Source of the DNA: a virus
Lineage: Duplodnaviria; Caudoviricetes
Virus record (IMG/VR): IMGVR_UViG_3300027653_000014
Location: 1-59,028 of that record
Length of the DNA stretch: 59,028 nt
Direction: 5' to 3' (one strand)
The notes under the pieces were generated by a model that was given only the letters and a program-made list of their open reading frames with translations, searched no databases and was not told the DNA's origin. Shown in pieces: positions 9,121 to 16,626 of the stretch. Position numbers and translations under genes: made by a program. Within the stretch, counting starts at the first letter, position 1; every line of letters begins with the position of its first letter.

Positions 9121-9363
9121 TCAGACTTCCGAGAAGCCGACCCCCTTACCGGGACCACCGACTGAGTAATCACGCGCAATGCGGACTCGGTAGTTTCGTC
9201 CCGGCTTAATGTCGCCGCGTGCCAGAAGCTCAGCGCGGATAGCGCGCCGTGCGGCGTCATAGTAGCCTCGCTCAGTGCCAGTCGCGTTGCTGACGTTGGA
9301 GACTACCGCGTGCCACCGCCCAAAGCCATCGGCCCATGTCGTTGTCTCATACTTACGTGCCAT
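9121..9363 (-). CDS. Hypothetical early protein
   Basis: 80 aa; start motif present. Confidence 0.8.
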   Translation of the reverse strand: MARKYETTTWADGFGRWHAVVSNVSNATGTERGYYDAARRAIRAELLARGDIKPGRNYRVRIARDYSVGGPGKGVGFSEV

Positions 9364-9442
9364 CGTCTCTCATCCTCTCAGTGTGTGTGTTGCTAGGTGA
9401 CCATAGCCACCTACCGCCGTAGCGATAGGCGACTAAAGCGAC

Positions 9443-9736
9443 CTAGTGCAGGCGCTCCCGCTTGATTCCGCCGCGCGGCCCTACCGTGAGGCGGTAGTCC
9501 GCTTCCGCCGCATCGGAGAGTGTCCGGCCGATTGCTTCCGCCTCGCTTTCGTATTGGTCCGTGCGCCACAAGATTAGTTGCGCGTCATCGTTAAGCGGTA
9601 GTTCGTCCAGGAACATCGTCGCGTGATCTAGGTCAGTGAAAAACTCCACGTTCTCACCCGGATAGGCGGGTGCGTAGTTAGCACCGCCCATGATCTGCCC
9701 TACGTATCGCGCTTCCATGCCGCCGATGTGTGCCAT
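9443..9736 (-). CDS. Hypothetical early protein
   Basis: 97 aa ending VGPRGGIKRERL; start motif present. Confidence 0.8.
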   Translation of the reverse strand: MAHIGGMEARYVGQIMGGANYAPAYPGENVEFFTDLDHATMFLDELPLNDDAQLILWRTDQYESEAEAIGRTLSDAAEADYRLTVGPRGGIKRERLH

Positions 9737-9809
9737 CGTCTCTCATCCTCTCATCGGTGCTAGTCAACCATGACCACTACCCGCGCCAGCGGGTAATGAT
9801 CAAAGCGGA

Positions 9810-10139
9810 CTAGGCGATCACGTAGGGAAGCCTCTCGGGTGCCGACGTTCCTAGGTCGGTGCGCGGCGTGCCGTGCATCCTCTGCACTGCTTGCAGTGCG
9901 ACTAGGGCCGGCCGCACCGCGTTAATCATGTCCACGTCACGGTGTGGCTCATCGGCAGGACGTGTCCAAAGCTCACGCTTAGTCGCATCGTACATAGCAA
10001 CGTGTCCGACGTACGTCTGATTGTCGCCCACACTAAGAAAGTAGCGGCGTCGCCCATACGCGCGTGACAGTCTCACCCCGTTAACGTTAGGGCCGCTAGC
10101 ACTGCGCATGATTCCCAGAATCTCGCGTGTGGTGCTCAT
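9810..10139 (-). CDS. Hypothetical early protein
   Basis: 109 aa; start motif present. Confidence 0.8.
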   Translation of the reverse strand: MSTTREILGIMRSASGPNVNGVRLSRAYGRRRYFLSVGDNQTYVGHVAMYDATKRELWTRPADEPHRDVDMINAVRPALVALQAVQRMHGTPRTDLGTSAPERLPYVIA

Positions 10140-10216
10140 CGTCTCTCATCCTCTCGTTGTGTGTTGCTAGGTGACCATGACTACCCACCGCCGTGGCAGT
10201 GAGCAATCAAAGCAAC

Positions 10217-10456
10217 CTAGGCAACCTCACGGTGAAACACGTACGTGACGGTCCGTGCACCATCCCACGGGGTGGTGGTATCTGCCTTAGTGGTCAGCCG
10301 CACCCGTCCCCCGTACTGCCTAGCCTGTCCCGTGAACCACTGAGGGCTAGGCACACTGTCTGCAGTGCCAGCGTCAACGCTGTACCACTGAACAACAACC
10401 TTGTTGCCTGTCTTCAGGTCCGTCATCCAGATTCCCTTGACCTGTGTCCTGCTCAT
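10217..10456 (-). CDS. Hypothetical protein, first gene of the leftward early operon
   Basis: GGGGAGG RBS and upstream promoter motif. Confidence 0.75.
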   Translation of the reverse strand: MSRTQVKGIWMTDLKTGNKVVVQWYSVDAGTADSVPSPQWFTGQARQYGGRVRLTTKADTTTPWDGARTVTYVFHREVA

Positions 10457-10496
10457 GATGTCCTCCCCTTGGCTGGTTGGTATGTCTTAAGTCTAG

Positions 10497-11500
10497 TTGA
10501 TGCGTAGCCGTATGTATAGCCTAGAAGCGTGATTCTAGGTAACGATTGCATAACGGAAGCTGACAGCCGCCGGCCAAGAAACAGTTGAAGAGTAAAGTAA
10601 AGAGATGGTCAAGTTGTCGACAGGTGTAGATCCTGATATGGATAAGCGTACAGGGGTATGCGTAGGTGTGTTGGTTGTGGATAAGTTTCCAGGGTAGCGG
10701 TTACGGATACGCGCATAAGTGTCTGCGTAGGTGTATCGTCGGGAGGTGTTGAAGATACGTATAGGCGTAGGTAACCCCACCCTAGAGAGAGTAGTCTATA
10801 TATATATAGTGTTTATACATACACTTAAACATCCGTTTGATGCTTATCCATATCTTTACGCTTATCCATATCAATAAACCCTGTTTTGGGACACCCCCCC
10901 CTCGTTAGGGCACCACTAAACCCTCTTATATGTATCTTCGTTTGGCGCGAAGACTAGTTTAAGCGTACAAAAATGAGCCCTTTGATGCGTATCCGTAACC
11001 GAGACTGCCGAAAGTTATCCACAGTACATATAGATACGCATATGTTGTGGATATGTGGATAAAGTTGTGGATAAGCTTGGAGAATGGGCGATGGTAAAGG
11101 AATGGTAAAGCGGTTTGGGTGGTGGGCTGCTTGGGCTGGTTGGTCGGCTTGGACGGTGGTGTGGGTGAGGCGGGCTGGTTGCGGGTAGGTGGGACGGGGA
11201 GGAATGACGGACGATGGTACCGGGCTACCGTTGAACGGGTCAATGGTTGTAGGTGTGAATCGTTGGCGGGATGAGCTTTTTGCCGGCAGGTGGGTAGGTG
11301 AGAATGAAAATCAATCGCATTAGCTGCTCGCCGGTAGGTGGGGGTCATCGTCGTGAGTACATAGAGACCGTTTTGGAAATCTTGGACAGGTAGCCGTATC
11401 CTGAGTACATGGACGACCAACCCAAAAACCTTGATGCTTACCCGTAAAATTTTTCCTGCTACGACTTGCAGAATCTTGATGCGTAGGTGTAGTATGAGGA
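10497..11500. promoter_or_regulatory. About 1 kb non-coding divergent control region with DnaA boxes, an AT-rich tract and iteron-like repeats (origin or terminus candidate)
   Basis: TTATCCACA/TGTGGATAA at 10676, 11015, 11054 and 11066, plus 4 near-matches. A TA run near 10797-10808. TTGATGC(G/T)TA occurs five times. Confidence 0.7.
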
Positions 11501-11546
11501 TAGTCGTGCGGGCAGGAGGAGTTCGCACCTAGAGGGAGGAGAGCTG

Positions 11547-12717
11547 ATGGCTGAGGCGCAGATAGGGCATCGTACAGAGGTGTACTACACGCTGACCATG
11601 ACCAAGGACGAGGCTCAGGCGGTGTTTGATGTGCTGGGCCATGTCGATGGGACAGGACAACGCCGACAGCACACTGAGAGCGTGTTTGAGGCGCTGGAAC
11701 TGGCGGGTATGGTTCCTACGTACGACGATACGCCCTTTGACGAGATTGACATCACGGGAGGAGTGCGTTTTGAGGATCGCTAGAAGCAACTACAACCCGC
11801 CGATCTACTCCAACATCGGCGCGGACCTTGTGCAGGAGGCTCGGGTAGTTGAGCGGCAGAAGGTGCTTAACGAACTGCGCAGCCAGATCACGGCGCTACC
11901 TACGACCAGGCGTAGAGGCTCTGGGTATACCTACTACGGAGACGAGGACGTTCGTACTAGCGAGTACCGTACTCAGGTACTGAGACTGCTGGATGCTTAC
12001 GAAAAGGAGGAGAACTGATGGACTATGATCTTGATCTGTTGAAGGCGATTATTGTCCAGATGGGTGCAGATAGTAAGGGCCATTTCTATGCCGTCCTAGA
12101 GATACTGGAAGCTCTGCATGTCAGTAGCATAGGTAGCGAGGGAACGGACGCTGCCTCTCGCGTGTACGAGGCACTGAAGGCAGTCTATGTTGGGGAGGTG
12201 GAGTGGTAATGGCTTGGTCTACGGCTAATCCACCGTTCGTGAAGCTGACGATCAGCACAGAGGACACTCTTGAGGATGCTGCGCAGCGGGCACGGACCAA
12301 GGCAGCGGCATTCCTCGGGGTGCGTCCTGAGCTGGTGGAACTGAAGCTTCGAAGTGCTGAGCGGGACGTTGATCTTGACTATTATGGCTCGTACGGGGAA
12401 CCGAACAGGCTTGATGAGACTCACGAGACCTACCGCTGCGAGTTCATGGCCACGGTGGAGTCATGACGCTACCCAAGAAGCACGGAGCGCGCATTACCTT
12501 TACGGATGAGCTGCTGGGGTATGCGCCCGATGACTGGCGGTACCAGCCCGCAGGGCACGAGTGGTACAATCCTGCTAGTCAGGCGGTCATCTGCGACGAG
12601 GACATGCCTGATGAACTGAAGCCGGGCACGGTTGAGTACCTTACATGGCTCGATGAGTTCTACAGGCGCTTACGAGAGGAACTACTTCGTCAGCTTACCC
12701 AAGAGGGAATGCTGTAA
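11547..12717 (+). CDS. Five small coupled hypothetical genes (11547-11783, 11770-12018, 12018-12209, 12209-12466, 12463-12717)
   Basis: Strong GGAGG RBS and stop/start overlaps; upstream TTGCAG-N18-TAGTAT promoter near 11466-11495. Confidence 0.7.
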
Positions 12718-12743
12718 CACCGAATGCGATAAGGGAGGTCTGA

Positions 12744-13177
12744 ATGGTTGGCAGTAAGAGGTCCGGGGCGTACATCTGGACGTTCATCGGAGGGTTCATT
12801 GCCTTGACTACTGTCATGGCGGTGGATATCAGGATTGTTGAGGTGCTGGCGGGCGCAGCGGGTGCGGCACTGTTCATCATTACCGGTGCCCTGTGGTCCG
12901 AGGAGCGGATTGAGGCGCAGTACCGGGAAGTCTACAACGAGTTGGAGGAGTATCTGCGATGAGGTGGGCATGGTTTCTGGCCGCAACGATGATGATCAGC
13001 AGTTTCTACGTGTTTTGGCCCTATGAGCCGGGTGACTGGATGCCGGTGGGGTGGTATGTGGTCCTGGGACTGCTGTACTTCCACCTGGGAGGGGTGGTTA
13101 CCTCCATCGAAAATGCGGCGTATCGGCGGGGTCTTCGCTACGCGCTGCGCCGTTCGGAGGAGTTGACCCACCACTAA
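12744..13177 (+). CDS. Two small membrane proteins (12744-12962, 12959-13177)
   Basis: Each has two hydrophobic segments; GGGAGG RBS; ATGA overlap. Confidence 0.7.
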
Positions 13178-13246
13178 AAACCACGTAAACTGAATAGTAG
13201 ATCGCTCTGTAGTGGCCGCTACCGCCAGCTTCATGAGCTTGATCCG

Positions 13247-13289
13247 GCAAACCCCCGTAAGGCACCTCCTCCCCCTTACGGGGGTTTGC
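13247..13289 (+). terminator. Perfect 16-bp inverted repeat (terminator, or 3' hairpin of an sRNA)
   Basis: GCAAACCCCCGTAAGG-CACCTCCTCCC-CCTTACGGGGGTTTGC. Confidence 0.75.
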
Positions 13290-13332
13290 TGTACCATAAG
13301 CAGTAAGGAAAAGCACTAGTAAGGGAAGCGCA

Positions 13333-14442
13333 GTGCCTAGAAGCGATCAGTTCGACCACGGTTATGTCGTTGGCATCCTTGTCAGCTCTAGGATGGATAG
13401 CGATGACCCTGATCGAATCCCAGACGCGGTACCTGCGACCAATATCAAGCCTGAGTTTCAGCGGGTAGTCGGACAGTACCGAGTTCCGCTGCATGAGCCG
13501 GATGCCGGATCGTACGGAATGCTGGTGTCTTCGGAGCGCATCACTACGGCAGTAATGCCCTCCGGCCACATCACCAGTGATCTAGACACGGCAGGAAACG
13601 CCAAGCAGGACGCGCAGCCGGGCCTGTGGCTGCCAGTGGGGGTTTACCGGGTGTCTTTCGGTGGGCACTTCAGCCCGTTCGAGATTGAGGTCACCAAGGA
13701 CCACACGGAGGCGTCACCGCTAGACCTCTACACCGTCGCCCCTGTGTCGGCAGGGCCGGGTACTCCGATCAACGTTCTGCCCGTTCCAGTTGACCCCGCG
13801 CCGGGTGAGTTCCTGGCATGGGGAGACGGGGGGCTGGTGTGGCTGCCTGTTGATGAGGCTGGGCAGGGGCCGGAAGGCCCCGAAGGCCCCGAGGGACCGC
13901 CAGGAGAGGACGGCCTGAGCGCGTACGAGGTCGCGGTGGCCGAGGGGTTCGAGGGCAGCCCTGCGGAGTGGCTGGCCTCTCTTGAGGGTCCGCCTGGCGA
14001 GGATGGCGCACCCGGTATTGATGGCCTCAGTGCATATGAGATTGCCGTTGATGAGGGTTTTGAGGGTTCTGTCGAGGATTGGCTTGACTCTCTCGTCGGC
14101 CCGGAGGGACCTGAAGGCCCGCCCGGCGCGGACGGTGAGCAGGGACCTCCTGGCGAGAAGGGTGAGCAGGGACCCCCCGGAGCCGATGGTGCAGACGGCC
14201 AGGATGGCGCGCCCGGCGACAAGGGCGACAAGGGCGACAAGGGCGACCCTGGGGAGCCGGGGCAAGATGCGGGCTCAGACCTTGAAACCATCGCTGCTGG
14301 TGTGACGGTCACGGTTAGATACGACGATGGGTGGCCTACGCGACCCACGAACCGCACCGGGATTACTGTGCAGTGGGTGGCTGGAACAACGGCCCCGCCC
14401 GAGGCCCTGCCGGGCGATATCTGGATTCCCGAGCTGGCATGA
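13333..14442 (+). CDS. Collagen-like virion fibre protein
   Basis: G-X-Y runs and two G.SAYE.AV.EGFEGS...WL.SL.G repeats. Confidence 0.85.
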   Translation: MPRSDQFDHGYVVGILVSSRMDSDDPDRIPDAVPATNIKPEFQRVVGQYRVPLHEPDAGSYGMLVSSERITTAVMPSGHITSDLDTAGNAKQDAQPGLWLPVGVYRVSFGGHFSPFEIEVTKDHTEASPLDLYTVAPVSAGPGTPINVLPVPVDPAPGEFLAWGDGGLVWLPVDEAGQGPEGPEGPEGPPGEDGLSAYEVAVAEGFEGSPAEWLASLEGPPGEDGAPGIDGLSAYEIAVDEGFEGSVEDWLDSLVGPEGPEGPPGADGEQGPPGEKGEQGPPGADGADGQDGAPGDKGDKGDKGDPGEPGQDAGSDLETIAAGVTVTVRYDDGWPTRPTNRTGITVQWVAGTTAPPEALPGDIWIPELA

Positions 14443-15350
14443 CTGCCCTAGATCACCCGTGGCTGCGGGAAGATCAGCAGTGGCGTAACCTCGCCACGGG
14501 AGCGTCCACGCCCGCAGATGACACGGGCCACCGGATGCAGATTGGTGCGGCGCTGGGCCTTACCTTGCCGGGCCGAGGTACCTCCTACGGCATCCAGTAC
14601 GATGCAGACGTAGGCCCCATCACTGTAGTTCGCACCTATGACTCTGGCCTCAGCGGCAACGGCCCTACGGGGGCTGACACCGTTGCTACGCCGCTAGCGG
14701 TGGACCGGGGCTGGGACATCTTTCTGTCTATTAAGCCTGGCGGAGAGTCCACCGCTACGTACAACTCGATAGCGGCGGGCGACTGGGACACTCAAGTCCA
14801 GAACTACGTCAATGCGTGGCCTGCTGGCGTAGGGGGCTACCTGTCTATCGGCAATGAGCCGGATCAGAACAGTAAAGACGTTGACCCTGCGGCGTTTTGT
14901 GCGGCGGTGGAACATCTTGCTGGTGTGTTGGTGCTGCCCCCAGGGGTACGGCTGGCCGTGTCGTTGATGACTTGGAGTTGGTACCCCTCGAACCCTCGAC
15001 CCTATGCTGCGCAGTGGTTGCCAGACGTGCCAGGACTGCATATCAGCGTCCACGGGTACGGGCGCGATAACTGGGATCACCCTTCCGGGGCATTTGGGCG
15101 TGTTGTCAGCACCATTCCTGAAGGGTATACGTGGGGCATCGGAGAAATCAATGCACACGAACACCCCACAGACCCTAACCGCAAGGCACAATGGTTCCTT
15201 ACTACCTCTCAGTGGGCATACGACAACGGAGCACTGCATTACCTGATCTTCGATACAGGAACTGGCCCCATTAGCGGGGAGCACAACATTACTCGATCCT
15301 CGCCCGAAGCAACAGCAGCGGCCAAACTTATTGCTGAGACTTACAACTAG
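14439..15350 (+). CDS. Glycoside hydrolase, clan GH-A (GH26-like)
   Basis: [13 protein letters not shown] acid/base motif, VHGY and IGE nucleophile-like motif; ATG at 14439 overlaps the upstream stop. Confidence 0.65.
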   Translation: MTALDHPWLREDQQWRNLATGASTPADDTGHRMQIGAALGLTLPGRGTSYGIQYDADVGPITVVRTYDSGLSGNGPTGADTVATPLAVDRGWDIFLSIKPGGESTATYNSIAAGDWDTQVQNYVNAWPAGVGGYLSIGNEPDQNSKDVDPAAFCAAVEHLAGVLVLPPGVRLAVSLMTWSWYPSNPRPYAAQWLPDVPGLHISVHGYGRDNWDHPSGAFGRVVSTIPEGYTWGIGEINAHEHPTDPNRKAQWFLTTSQWAYDNGALHYLIFDTGTGPISGEHNITRSSPEATAAAKLIAETYN

Positions 15351-15357
15351 GAGCACC

Positions 15358-16059
15358 ATGACGATCATATTCTCGGAGGACTTCGAGGGCGGCTCCCCGG
15401 GTGCTCCTGTGACGACGAGCAATACTGCACTTGACGGTGTTGACGGCGAGCCTACATTCACTGATGAGTATGTGGTGGAGGGGAACCTAGGCTTCCTTAC
15501 TGACGGAAGCAGCGGTCTTTCGCGCGGGGCATTGGCACATCCTCCTGCGGCTGCGCATATTCAAGCCTTCATCTACTTCGTGACTGTACCTAGCACCAAC
15601 ACCCCCATCATTGTGTGGTACCAAGGCAGGCCAGGTGCAGGCATTTCGCAGGTGGGCGACCTTCAGTACCGCACAGGGGGACAACTCGCTATCCGCGACG
15701 GCTACACGGCTGTGTGGCAGTCTACGGCACAGTTTACGGCTGGAAGCTGGGTGCGAGTGCAGATTCTGTGCGATGCGGGACAGGAACACCGCCTACGACT
15801 GTTCTACGGGGCGAACCTCATGGGGACAGTGCCGGATGAGGACAGCGGCCCACTGCCTGCGGGGGGCACGGCTCCTATTGAATACGCTCGATTTGGCGTA
15901 AACACTTCCAACACCGGAGCACAATACGCCATTGACGCGGTAACTGTGGGTGATACTGGGTGGGCACCGCCACCTGCGCAGCCCGAAGAGCCCTACGCAC
16001 ATCTCCTAACGGGCAGTGGATGGGTGGACTTAGCGCGACCAACGCTCATTACCCTGTAG
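15358..16059 (+). CDS. LamG/concanavalin-like beta-sandwich structural protein
   Basis: FSEDFE N-terminus, G.WVRVQ and AIDAV strands. Confidence 0.55.
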   Translation: MTIIFSEDFEGGSPGAPVTTSNTALDGVDGEPTFTDEYVVEGNLGFLTDGSSGLSRGALAHPPAAAHIQAFIYFVTVPSTNTPIIVWYQGRPGAGISQVGDLQYRTGGQLAIRDGYTAVWQSTAQFTAGSWVRVQILCDAGQEHRLRLFYGANLMGTVPDEDSGPLPAGGTAPIEYARFGVNTSNTGAQYAIDAVTVGDTGWAPPPAQPEEPYAHLLTGSGWVDLARPTLITL

Positions 16060-16095
16060 TATGTAGGGAGGACTATTGCAGGTGAGGGAGTATTT

Positions 16096-16626
16096 GTGGC
16101 CGAAAAAGAGGTTGTAGAAGCGTCCGCGCTGACGAAAATGATTGTTCAGGCCCGCGAACGGGGCAAGTCCTTCATCCAAATCGCGGAAGACTATGAAATC
16201 ACGCCTGAGAAGGCGTATGCGGACTACATGGCGTTCATGGAGTCTGAAAATGAGGTCAATGAGTACGAATACCGCCTTTTGCAGCTTCGGCGTCTTGAGC
16301 GCTTGATTGACAAGTGCTATGAACTTGTTGAGGTGGGCTCTGTTGACCACATGAAGCTCACTTTGAGCGTCATCAAGGAGATTTCTGCTCTACTCGGCCT
16401 CCACAAGGAGAAGGCCCAGCAGATTGTGCAGGTTATTGACCAAAGACAAGTGGTGCTAGTCACAAACTATGTCCAGGCGGTCTCCGACACGCTAAAGGCG
16501 CAGGTTTTGCGCACTGTCACCGCCAAAAAGGCGCGGGAACAGCTCGAAACTGAGTGGGATCGGTGGGTCGCTGAAGCCTCTGCGGAGCCGCTGAAGGAGA
16601 TTGAGCAGGACAAGGTAAAGGTCTGA
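16096..16626 (+). CDS. Terminase small subunit (putative)
   Basis: N-terminal HTH (RERGKSFIQIAE); coupled to the large subunit. Confidence 0.7.
   Translation: MAEKEVVEASALTKMIVQARERGKSFIQIAEDYEITPEKAYADYMAFMESENEVNEYEYRLLQLRRLERLIDKCYELVEVGSVDHMKLTLSVIKEISALLGLHKEKAQQIVQVIDQRQVVLVTNYVQAVSDTLKAQVLRTVTAKKAREQLETEWDRWVAEASAEPLKEIEQDKVKV

Larger units (their letters stand above)
8769..10155 (-). promoter_or_regulatory. Start-associated repeat GAGAGGATGAGAGACG-ATG (extended RBS)
   Basis: Exact at 9361-9379, 9734-9752 and 10137-10155; variants at 8769-8787 and 9020-9038. Each ends in the gene's ATG. Confidence 0.9.
8379..10220 (-). repeat. Four CTAG-bounded intergenic hairpins (8379-8439, 9393-9446, 9760-9813, 10167-10220)
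   Basis: Consensus CTAG-N3-GCTT-[14-bp stem-loop]-TGG-N-CTAG. Three copies are exactly 54 bp. The TAG of the first CTAG is the upstream gene's stop codon. Confidence 0.9.

Noticed and set aside
9363-10220. Stop-codon readthrough (SECIS/PYLIS-like) at TAG plus hairpin, fusing early genes
   Set aside because: Stop-to-next-ATG gaps are 77, 73 and 79 nt, none in frame, and no suppressor tRNA is evident.
10535-11528. ORFs 10535-10780 and 10959-11528 in the control region
   Set aside because: Low-complexity translations, no RBS, and they overlap DnaA boxes and repeats, so the region is treated as non-coding.
13860-14270. Tandem 9-bp repeats such as GGCGACAAG x3
   Set aside because: Fully explained by collagen G-X-Y coding.
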